From Microbacterium sp. (GTDB lineage: Bacteria; Actinomycetota; Actinomycetes; Actinomycetales; Microbacteriaceae): a DNA stretch of 34,217 bases. Below are positions 26,857-34,217 of the stretch, in pieces. The stretch spans positions 1 through 34,217 of the forward strand of contig JAITUD010000059.1 in the NCBI GenBank assembly GCA_031286555.1, given 5' to 3'. A model generated the notes under the pieces. That model saw only the letters and a list, made by a program, of their open reading frames with translations. It was not told where the DNA came from and did no database searches. Each line of letters opens with the position of its first letter. Within the stretch, counting starts at the first letter, position 1. The position numbers and the translations under genes were made by a program.

Positions 26857-27812
26857 GCGCCGAGTTCCCTCCGGTGCCGGAGATCATCGCCGTCGGCCGC
26901 CTCGGAGTCGATCTGTACCCGCTGCAGGACGGAGTCGGTCTCGCCGAGGTGACGACCTTCGGCAAATACCTCGGAGGCAGCGCGGCCAATGTCTCGGTCG
27001 CCGCCGCCAGGTACGGGCACCGGACGGCGCTGATGTCCCGCGTCGGCGACGACCCCTTCGGGCGCTACCTCCTGGGTGAGCTCGATCGGCTGGGAGTGCA
27101 GAATCGGTTCGTCGCGGTCGACTCCGAGTTCAAGACGCCGATCACGTTCTGCGAGATCTTTCCGCCGGACGACTTCCCGCTGTACTTCTACCGGGAGCCG
27201 ACCGCCCCCGACATGCAGATCCGGACCGAGGACATCGATCCCCGCGCGGTGCAGGGCACATCCCTGCTCTGGCTGACGGTCACCGGTCTGAGCGAGGAAC
27301 CGAGCCGTCAGACCCACCACGACCTGCTGCAGCTGCGCGGCGGGCGGGCGCACACCGTTCTCGACCTCGACTACCGGCCGATGTTCTGGCCCGATCCCGC
27401 GACCGCCCGTGCCGAGATCGACCGGGTGCTCGATGCCGTGACCGTGACGGTCGGCAACCTCGAGGAGTGCGAGGTCGCAGTGGGGGAGTCCGATCCTCAA
27501 CGCGCCGCCGATGCACTCCTGGACCGGGGGATCGAGCTGGCGATAGTCAAGCAGGGCCCTCGAGGGGTGCTGGCGAAGACCCGCACCGAGCAGATCGAGG
27601 TCGTCGCGCATCCCGTTGAAGTCGTCAACGGCCTGGGGGCCGGAGACGCCTTCGGCGGCGCTCTCTGTCATGGACTGCTGGAGGGATGGCCGCTGGAGCG
27701 GACTCTCCGCTACGCCAACGCGGCAGGCGGGATCGTCGCCGGCCGCCGGGAATGCTCCACGGCGATGCCGACCCTCGACGAGGTCGCGCAGGTCGTGGAC
27801 GGAGGGGCATGA
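26853..27812 (+). CDS. iolC: 5-dehydro-2-deoxygluconokinase
   Basis: GRLGVDLYP; KYLGGSAANV; EIFPPDDFPLYFYR; LDLDYRP; PfkB motif NGLGAGDAFGG. Confidence 0.95.
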   Translation: MSAEFPPVPEIIAVGRLGVDLYPLQDGVGLAEVTTFGKYLGGSAANVSVAAARYGHRTALMSRVGDDPFGRYLLGELDRLGVQNRFVAVDSEFKTPITFCEIFPPDDFPLYFYREPTAPDMQIRTEDIDPRAVQGTSLLWLTVTGLSEEPSRQTHHDLLQLRGGRAHTVLDLDYRPMFWPDPATARAEIDRVLDAVTVTVGNLEECEVAVGESDPQRAADALLDRGIELAIVKQGPRGVLAKTRTEQIEVVAHPVEVVNGLGAGDAFGGALCHGLLEGWPLERTLRYANAAGGIVAGRRECSTAMPTLDEVAQVVDGGA

Positions 27813-27813
27813 G

Positions 27814-28725
27814 ATGAAGATCCTCACTGACGATGACTTCCGCCGGATCCGCGCGATCAGGGCTGAATCGCCCCAGGAGATCCGCGACGCGCTGGCTCGA
27901 CGCCGACGCCGCGAGGTGATCCGGGGTGACGGCAGGCTGTTCATCATCGCCGCCGACCACCCGGCACGCGGGGCGCTCGCCGTCGGGAGTGCGCCGAACG
28001 CCATGGCTGATCGGTGCGAGCTGCTCGACCGTCTCGCCGTGGCCCTCCGTCATCCGGGTGTCGACGGGGTGCTCGGCACGCCCGACATCATCGACGACCT
28101 CGCCCTGCTGGGCCTTCTCGAGGACAAGATCGTGGTCGGCTCGATGAACCGGGGCGGTCTGAGGGGGGCATCCTTCGAGATGGATGACCGCTACACCGGC
28201 TACGATGTCCCCGCCATGCTCGACTCCGGGGTCGACTTCGCCAAAGCGCTGCTGCGGGTGAACCTCGACGACGACGGGACCGCGCCGACTCTCGCGGCGA
28301 CGGCCGAGGTCGTCACTGCGGCAGCACGGGCCGACCTCCCGATCATGCTCGAGCCGTTCATGAGCAGGCATGTCGGGGGGCGGGTCGTCAACGACCTCGA
28401 TCCCGAATCGGTGATGCTCTCCATCGCGATCGCCAGCGGACTCGGCACGAGCAGCCGTTCCACCTGGCTCAAGCTCCCCGTCGTCGATGACATGGAGCGG
28501 GTGCTCTCCGCCACGACGATGCCGGTGCTGCTGCTCGGCGGGGATGCCGGCGCGGACCCCGACGACACCTTCTCGTCCTGGGAGGGAGCACTCTCCCTGC
28601 CCGGTGTCAGGGGGCTCACCGTGGGGCGCACCCTGCTCTACTCCAACGGCGACGTCGAGTCGGCCATCGACACTGCGGCACGACTCGTGCACCCCGAGCT
28701 CACGCAGCCCCGGACACATTCCTGA
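27814..28725 (+). CDS. Class I aldolase-like TIM barrel (Cgl0159/cg0198-like), probable IolJ functional equivalent
   Basis: IAADHPARG; GSMNRGGL; FEMDDRYT; MLEPF; TWLKLP (candidate Schiff-base Lys); LLLGG; VGRTLLY; position between iolC and iolA. Confidence 0.8.
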   Translation: MKILTDDDFRRIRAIRAESPQEIRDALARRRRREVIRGDGRLFIIAADHPARGALAVGSAPNAMADRCELLDRLAVALRHPGVDGVLGTPDIIDDLALLGLLEDKIVVGSMNRGGLRGASFEMDDRYTGYDVPAMLDSGVDFAKALLRVNLDDDGTAPTLAATAEVVTAAARADLPIMLEPFMSRHVGGRVVNDLDPESVMLSIAIASGLGTSSRSTWLKLPVVDDMERVLSATTMPVLLLGGDAGADPDDTFSSWEGALSLPGVRGLTVGRTLLYSNGDVESAIDTAARLVHPELTQPRTHS

Positions 28726-28733
28726 GGAGGACC

Positions 28734-30257
28734 ATGAACAGCGAAGCCACCGCACCCGTCATCCCGCACTGGATCGACGGCGCAGAACGCGTCTCGGCCG
28801 GCGGGCGCACCGCGCCCGTGCACAACCCCGCCACCGGGGAGGTCGCCGCACGGGTCGCCCTCGCGAACGCCGACGAGATCGATGCCGCGGTCGCATCCGC
28901 CCAGCGCGGTTTCCAGACCTGGAGCCGGTACTCGGTGGCGAAGCGGCAGACGGTGCTGTTCGCCTTCCGGGAGCTGCTGAACGCTCGCCGCGGCGAGCTC
29001 GCCGAGATCATCACCGCCGAGCACGGCAAGGTGCTCTCCGACGCGATGGGCGAGATCATGCGGGGCCAGGAGGTCGTCGAACTCGCGTGCGGCTTCCCTC
29101 ACCTGACCAAGGGCGCGTACTCCGAGAACGCCTCGAGCGGCATCGACGTCTACTCCATCAAGCAGCCGCTCGGCGTGGTGGCGATCATCTCGCCGTTCAA
29201 CTTCCCGGCGATGGTGCCGATGTGGTTCTTCCCGGTGGCGATCGCGGCGGGCAACGCCGTCGTGCTGAAGCCCAGCGAGAAGGATCCCTCCGCTGCGCTC
29301 TGGATCGCGAGGCTGTGGGCGGAGGCCGGTCTGCCGGACGGCGTGTTCACCGTGCTGCAGGGCGACAGAGCCGCGGTCGACGGCCTGCTGGAGAGCCCGG
29401 TCGTGCAGGCGGTCTCGTTCGTCGGGTCCACGCCGATCGCGCAGTACATCTACGAGACGGCGTCCAGGACCGGCAAGCGCGTGCAGGCGCTGGGCGGCGC
29501 CAAGAACCACATGATGGTCCTGCCCGACGCTGATCTCGACCTGGTCGCCGACCAGGCGGTGAACGCCGGCTACGGAGCCGCCGGTGAACGCTGCATGGCG
29601 GTGTCGGTCGTGCTGGCGGTGGAGCCGGTGGCGGATGCGCTCATCGAGAAGATCGCCGAACGCATCCAGAAGCTGCGCATCGGCAATGGCGCAGGAGACG
29701 CGGACGGCGAGCCCGACATGGGACCGCTCATCACCGGCGAGCACCGCGACAGGGTCGCCGGCTACGTCGACATCGCCGAGCGGGACGGTGGGCGGATCGT
29801 CGTCGACGGCCGTGGCTGCACGGTCGAGGGCCACGAGGACGGCTTCTGGTTCGGTCCGACGCTGATCGACGATCTGCCGACGACCTCCCGCGCCTACCAG
29901 GAGGAGATCTTCGGTCCCGTGCTGCAGGTGATCCGGGTGTCGACGTTCCAGGAGGGCCTCGACTTGATCAACTCCGGCCGCTTCGGCAACGGCACCGCGA
30001 TCTTCACGAACGACGGAGGCGCCGCCCGGCGCTTCCAGCACGAGGTCCAGGTCGGCATGATCGGCATCAACGTGCCGATCCCCGTCCCGGTGGCGTATCA
30101 CTCCTTCGGCGGTTGGAAGGCTTCGCTGTTCGGCGATGCGAAGGCCTACGGGGTGCACGGCTTCGACTTCTTCACCCGCGAGAAGGCGGTCACGAGCCGC
30201 TGGCTCGACCCCGCCGCGCACGGCGGGATCGACCTCGGCTTCCCGCAGAACTCCTGA
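28734..30257 (+). CDS. iolA: CoA-acylating (methyl)malonate-semialdehyde dehydrogenase
   Basis: PFNFPAMVP; LKPSEKDP; SFVGST; GGAKNH; GAAGERCMA catalytic Cys; EEIFGP; GINVPIPVP. Confidence 0.95.
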   Translation: MNSEATAPVIPHWIDGAERVSAGGRTAPVHNPATGEVAARVALANADEIDAAVASAQRGFQTWSRYSVAKRQTVLFAFRELLNARRGELAEIITAEHGKVLSDAMGEIMRGQEVVELACGFPHLTKGAYSENASSGIDVYSIKQPLGVVAIISPFNFPAMVPMWFFPVAIAAGNAVVLKPSEKDPSAALWIARLWAEAGLPDGVFTVLQGDRAAVDGLLESPVVQAVSFVGSTPIAQYIYETASRTGKRVQALGGAKNHMMVLPDADLDLVADQAVNAGYGAAGERCMAVSVVLAVEPVADALIEKIAERIQKLRIGNGAGDADGEPDMGPLITGEHRDRVAGYVDIAERDGGRIVVDGRGCTVEGHEDGFWFGPTLIDDLPTTSRAYQEEIFGPVLQVIRVSTFQEGLDLINSGRFGNGTAIFTNDGGAARRFQHEVQVGMIGINVPIPVPVAYHSFGGWKASLFGDAKAYGVHGFDFFTREKAVTSRWLDPAAHGGIDLGFPQNS

Positions 30258-30268
30258 GAGGGGCGGCC

Positions 30269-31180
30269 ATGAGCACGGATGAACGCTGGTTCCATCGACG
30301 CGGAGGGCTGTCACGAGAAGGGTGGGAGAGCGTCGTGGACGGCGATGTCCCGGGCTGGCAGCACACCGGCATCCGCATCGGAGAGCTGAGTGAGGGGGAA
30401 CGGCTCGCGCTTCCCGACGCCGGCGTGGAGCGGATCGTCGTTCCCCTGTCCGGATCCTTCCGCGTCGCGCAGAACGAGGGCGGCCTGAGCTCGGAGACCG
30501 TGCTCGACGGACGGAGGTCCGTGTTCGACGGACCGACGGAGGTGCTCTACCTGTCCTCGGCGGCGACCGCCGTGATCACCGGATCCGGGCGAGTGGCCGT
30601 TGCCGAATCCCCGACGACGACGGTGCGCAGGAGTCATCGCATCCCGGCATCCGACTTCCGCGTCGAACTGCGGGGCGCCGGGGCGGCCAGTCGGCAGGTG
30701 CACAACTTCGGCACGCCGGAGGCGCTCGACGCCGCCCGCCTGATCGTGTGCGAGGTGATCACGCCGGCCGGCAACTGGTCGTCCTATCCGCCGCACAAGC
30801 ACGACGAGCACGTGCCGGGGCATGAGACCCGGCTGGAGGAGATCTACTACTTCGAATCGGCGCCTGCGAGGGGGAGCGGACGTGAGGATGCCGCTGACGG
30901 CGCCTTCGGGATGTTCTCGACCTATTCGTCGCCGGCGGGTGAGATCGAGATCGACGCGATGGTGCGCTCCGGAGACATCGCGCTCGTGCCCTTCGGCTAT
31001 CACGGCCCGGCCGTCGCCGCCCCCGGGTACGACCTCTACTACCTCAACGTGATGGCCGGGCCCGATCCGGAGCGGGCATGGCTCATCTCCGACGACCCGG
31101 CGCACGCATGGGTGCGCGAGAACTGGCCGGACGAATCGATGGACGGTCGTCTTCCCTATACGGCAGAAGGAGCGCACTGA
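30269..31180 (+). CDS. iolB: 5-deoxy-glucuronate isomerase
   Basis: EVITPAGNWSSYPPHKHD; LEEIYY; GYHGP; YYLNVMAGP. Confidence 0.95.
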   Translation: MSTDERWFHRRGGLSREGWESVVDGDVPGWQHTGIRIGELSEGERLALPDAGVERIVVPLSGSFRVAQNEGGLSSETVLDGRRSVFDGPTEVLYLSSAATAVITGSGRVAVAESPTTTVRRSHRIPASDFRVELRGAGAASRQVHNFGTPEALDAARLIVCEVITPAGNWSSYPPHKHDEHVPGHETRLEEIYYFESAPARGSGREDAADGAFGMFSTYSSPAGEIEIDAMVRSGDIALVPFGYHGPAVAAPGYDLYYLNVMAGPDPERAWLISDDPAHAWVRENWPDESMDGRLPYTAEGAH

Positions 31181-31181
31181 C

Positions 31182-33089
31182 ATGCAGACCAAGCGGATGA
31201 CGGTGGGACAGGCGCTGATCGAGTTCCTCGCCAATCAATGGACGGTCGACGGCGACATCCGGGAGCGGACCATCCCCGGCGTCTTCGGCATCTTCGGCCA
31301 CGGCAACGTGGCCGGCCTCGGGCAGGCGCTGCAGCAGTGCAATGCTGAACGACCCGATCTGATGCAATATCACCAGGCCAGGAACGAACAGGCCATGGTG
31401 CACCAGTCGGTCGGCTATGCGCGGATGCATCGGCGCCGGGCCACGTTCGCCTCGGCGGCCTCTGTCGGTCCCGGTGCGACCAACCTGCTCACCGGCGCCG
31501 CGCTGGCGACCACGAACCGTCTCCCCGCGCTGCTGCTGCCGAGCGACACGTTCGCCACCCGCGTCGCGGATCCGGTGCTGCAGCAGCTGGAGATGCCGCA
31601 CGACATCGGCCTCACCGTGAACGACGCCTTTCGCCCGCTCTCCGTCTTCTTCGACCGAGTGCAGCGGCCGGAGCAGCTGTTCTCGATCGCGCTCGCCGCA
31701 ATGCGCACGCTGACCGACCCGGCCGAGACCGGCGCCGTCACCATCGCCCTCCCCGAGGACGTGCAGGCCGAGGCGCTCGATGTGCCGCTGGAGTTCCTCT
31801 CCGAGCGGGAATGGCACCTGCGCCGTCCCGTTCCGGAGCGCGGCCCGCTGGAGCGAGCTGTCGCGGCGATTCGAGAAGCCCGGCGTCCGCTGATCATCGC
31901 CGGCGGGGGTGTGATCTACTCCGGGGCGGAGACGGCCCTGCGCGCCCTTGCGGAGCACACCGGGATCCCTGTGGCCACGACGCAGGCGGGCGGCGGCGCG
32001 ATGCCGTGGGACCACCCGCAGTACCTCGGCGGAGTCGGCGCGACCGGCACCACAGCGGCGAACCGGATGGCCGCCGACGCCGATGTGGTCATCGGCGTCG
32101 GCACCAGGTACAGCGACTTCACCACGGCGTCCCGCACCGCGTTCCAGCATCCGGGGGCCGTCTTCGTGAACGTCAACGTCGCCTCCTTCGACGCGTACAA
32201 GCACGGATCGCGACTGCCGATCGTCGCCGATGCGCGCGAGACGCTGATCGCCCTCGACGACGAACTGCGCGGCGCGCGCGTGCCGGCCGACCATGCCGCC
32301 CGCATCGCGTCTGAGAAGGCGGCCTGGGACGCCGTCGTCGATTCGGCGTTCGCTCCCTCCGGCCTGGCGCGACCGGGGCAGTCCGAGATCATCGGCGCGG
32401 TCCGCGCATCGGTCTCCGACCGGGACGTCATCGTGCAGGCCGCGGGCTCGCTCCCCGGAGATCTGCACAAGCTCTGGCGGGTGTCGGACCCGCTCGGCTA
32501 CCACGTGGAGTACGCCTATTCGACGATGGGATACGAGATCGCCGGCGGTCTCGGTGCCAAGCGGGGCCTGCTCGCCGACGGCGACGACCGCGACGTCGTC
32601 GTGATGGTCGGCGACGGCTCGTATCTGATGCTGAACTCCGAGCTCGTGACCGCGGTCGCCGAGGGGATCAAGCTCATCGTCATCCTGGTGCAGAACCACG
32701 GTTTCGCCTCGATCGGCCACCTCTCGGAGACGGTGGGATCGCAGCGCTTCGGCACCCGGTACCGCCGCTACGATCCGCAGGCGCGCAACTTCCAGGACGG
32801 CGAGATCCTCCCCGTGGATCTGGCGATGAATGCGCGCAGCTACGGAGTGGACGTGATCGAGATCCCCACCGCCCCTGATGCGATCAACCGCCTGAAGGAG
32901 GCGATCGCCGTCGCCAAGGCGTCGACGAGGACCACGCTGATCCACGTCGAGAGCGATCCGACGATCTACGCTCCCGACGGCGAGGGATGGTGGGACGTGC
33001 CGGTGGCCGAGGTTTCGACGACCGCGTCCGCGCAGCACGCACGCGTCGAGTACGAGCAGCAGCGCACCGCACAGCGACCGCTCCTCTGA
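31182..33089 (+). CDS. iolD: 3D-(3,5/4)-trihydroxycyclohexane-1,2-dione acylhydrolase (ThDP-dependent)
   Basis: GIFGHGNV; RNEQAM; DPVLQQLE; YHVEYAYSTMGYE; ThDP motif GDGSYLM...NH; WWDVPVAE. Confidence 0.96.
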   Translation: MQTKRMTVGQALIEFLANQWTVDGDIRERTIPGVFGIFGHGNVAGLGQALQQCNAERPDLMQYHQARNEQAMVHQSVGYARMHRRRATFASAASVGPGATNLLTGAALATTNRLPALLLPSDTFATRVADPVLQQLEMPHDIGLTVNDAFRPLSVFFDRVQRPEQLFSIALAAMRTLTDPAETGAVTIALPEDVQAEALDVPLEFLSEREWHLRRPVPERGPLERAVAAIREARRPLIIAGGGVIYSGAETALRALAEHTGIPVATTQAGGGAMPWDHPQYLGGVGATGTTAANRMAADADVVIGVGTRYSDFTTASRTAFQHPGAVFVNVNVASFDAYKHGSRLPIVADARETLIALDDELRGARVPADHAARIASEKAAWDAVVDSAFAPSGLARPGQSEIIGAVRASVSDRDVIVQAAGSLPGDLHKLWRVSDPLGYHVEYAYSTMGYEIAGGLGAKRGLLADGDDRDVVVMVGDGSYLMLNSELVTAVAEGIKLIVILVQNHGFASIGHLSETVGSQRFGTRYRRYDPQARNFQDGEILPVDLAMNARSYGVDVIEIPTAPDAINRLKEAIAVAKASTRTTLIHVESDPTIYAPDGEGWWDVPVAEVSTTASAQHARVEYEQQRTAQRPLL

Positions 33090-33106
33090 CGGAAGGCGCC
33101 GCGGCG

Positions 33107-33192
33107 CCTGCAGATGGCGGATCATCCTGCAGACGGCGGACGACTCGCCGAGAGATCGTCCGCCATCTGCAGGATTGTCCGCCATCCGTCGG
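33107..33192. repeat. REP-like nested palindrome; probable bidirectional terminator
   Basis: CCTGCAGA(T/C)GGCGGA at 33107 and 33126; inverted copies TCCGCCATCTGCAGG at 33159 and a degenerate one at 33178; lies between convergent genes. Confidence 0.85.
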
Positions 33193-33203
33193 CGCGCCGT
33201 CGC

Positions 33204-33935
33204 TCAGAACAGCAGGTACACCGCGCCGAGCACAGTGAGCACGATGACGATGCGGTCGAAGAGCTGCTGCGGCATCCTCTTCGCCAGGGCGATGCCGATG
33301 AGCGCGCCGATGACGACCAGCGGGGCGAGCACGAGGTCCATCAGCAGCACCTGGGGCGTGAAGAGGCCGAGGCCGGCGAGGAACGGCACCTTCATCACGT
33401 TCACGATCGCGAAGAACCACGCAGAGGTGCCCAGGAACACCTGCACGGGCGTTCGGGTCGCGAGGAAGTACATCGACATCACCGGACCGCCGGAGTTGGC
33501 GACCATCGTGGTGAACCCGGCGAGCCCGCCGTAGGACAGGCCGAGCAGCGGGCCCGCAGGCCTGTCCGCAGCGCGCCGGCGCCGCCACAGCGTGACGGCG
33601 ATCATCAACAGCAGGATGACGCCGATCGCGCGTCGCACGGTGGCGTCACCGGCGAGCATCAGGAACAGGAACCCCGCCAGCAGTCCGACGATCACCGCCG
33701 GCGCGAGCCGCAGCAGCGTCGGCCAGTGCGCATGACGCCGATAGGCGATCAGTGCGAACACGTCGCCGACCATGAACAGCAGCAGCATCGCCGCCGTCGA
33801 AGTGCGGGCGGGCAGCACAGCCGCCAGCAGGACCACCGAGATGGTCGCTGCGCCGGGCACGGCCGTCTTGCCCAGGCCCGCGACCAGAGCAGCGACCGCC
33901 AGCATCCCCCAGGCGAGCGGGGCGAGCTCCATCAT
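33204..33935 (-). CDS. Sulfite exporter TauE/SafE family membrane protein
   Basis: GLGKTAVPG; GDVFALIAYRR; GFTTMVANSGGP; FLGTSAWFF; multi-TM; start overlaps the upstream stop (ATGA). Confidence 0.88.
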   Translation of the reverse strand: MMELAPLAWGMLAVAALVAGLGKTAVPGAATISVVLLAAVLPARTSTAAMLLLFMVGDVFALIAYRRHAHWPTLLRLAPAVIVGLLAGFLFLMLAGDATVRRAIGVILLLMIAVTLWRRRRAADRPAGPLLGLSYGGLAGFTTMVANSGGPVMSMYFLATRTPVQVFLGTSAWFFAIVNVMKVPFLAGLGLFTPQVLLMDLVLAPLVVIGALIGIALAKRMPQQLFDRIVIVLTVLGAVYLLF

Positions 33936-34217
33936 CCGGCGGCGTCGATGACGGCGACGATGCGGTCGTAGCCGCGCTGCGCCGCCATCGTGCGCGGCAG
34001 GTCGCCGTTGCCGTCGCGGATGCTCAGGTCGGAGCCGCCCTCGATGAGCACGCGGCACACCTCGGCGTAATGGTCGGAGCCGTCGCCGAGCTCGATCGCC
34101 TCATGCAGGGCGGTCCAGTGCAGCCTGTTGATGTGGTTCGGGTCGACGCCCGCTTCGAGCAGGATCTCGATCGTCGGGATCAGGCCTCGCTCGGATGCCG
34201 GGATGAGCGCGGTGCCG
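33932..34217 (-). CDS. Partial (5'-truncated) ankyrin repeat protein, YahD-like
   Basis: Manual translation (not in the ORF track): GTALIPASERGLIPTIEILLEAGVDPNHINRLHWTALHEAIELGDG...RVLIEGGSDLSIRDGNG...DAAG-stop. Confidence 0.85.
   Translation of the reverse strand, partial: GTALIPASERGLIPTIEILLEAGVDPNHINRLHWTALHEAIELGDGSDHYAEVCRVLIEGGSDLSIRDGNGDLPRTMAAQRGYDRIVAVIDAAG

Noticed and set aside
31083-33185. Long antisense ORFs (700 aa here; also 14010..15770, 14141..15802, 28638..30314, 22203..23774, 18575..19996, 10009..11376)
   Set aside because: They overlap well-supported genes on the opposite strand, have no recognisable motifs, and are expected from stop-codon scarcity in high-GC DNA.
8974-33192. 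Inositol locus as a mobile genomic island
   Set aside because: No integrase, transposase, tRNA or flanking direct repeats were seen, and a compositional shift cannot be established by eye.

Overview
High-GC actinobacterial chromosomal segment (gene content suggests Microbacteriaceae; inference). In order: the end of a copper-handling operon (partial CopC-like protein, PCu(A)C chaperone, Tat-exported Dyp peroxidase); a GH3 beta-glucosidase/MFS operon divergent from a two-domain TetR regulator; an APH(3')-like kinase; two SDRs; a ~24 kb inositol locus (9008-33089); then a TauE/SafE gene and a partial ankyrin-repeat gene. The inositol locus has a GntR/IolR-like regulator and two apparent transcription units that share an operator-like motif. 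Unit 1 encodes an ABC importer, a glycerophosphodiester phosphodiesterase-inositol monophosphatase fusion and MgtC. Unit 2 encodes an IolE-like protein, a Gfo/Idh/MocA dehydrogenase, a sugar ABC importer, a PHP metallohydrolase, a GH38 alpha-mannosidase and iolC-aldolase-iolA-iolB-iolD. The most notable hypothesis is that this is a pathway for importing and dismantling mannosylated or phosphodiester-linked inositol headgroups. Two sequence-unrelated REP-like hairpins share the same 19-bp-periodic architecture. No tRNA, rRNA, CRISPR array, integrase or transposase was seen.
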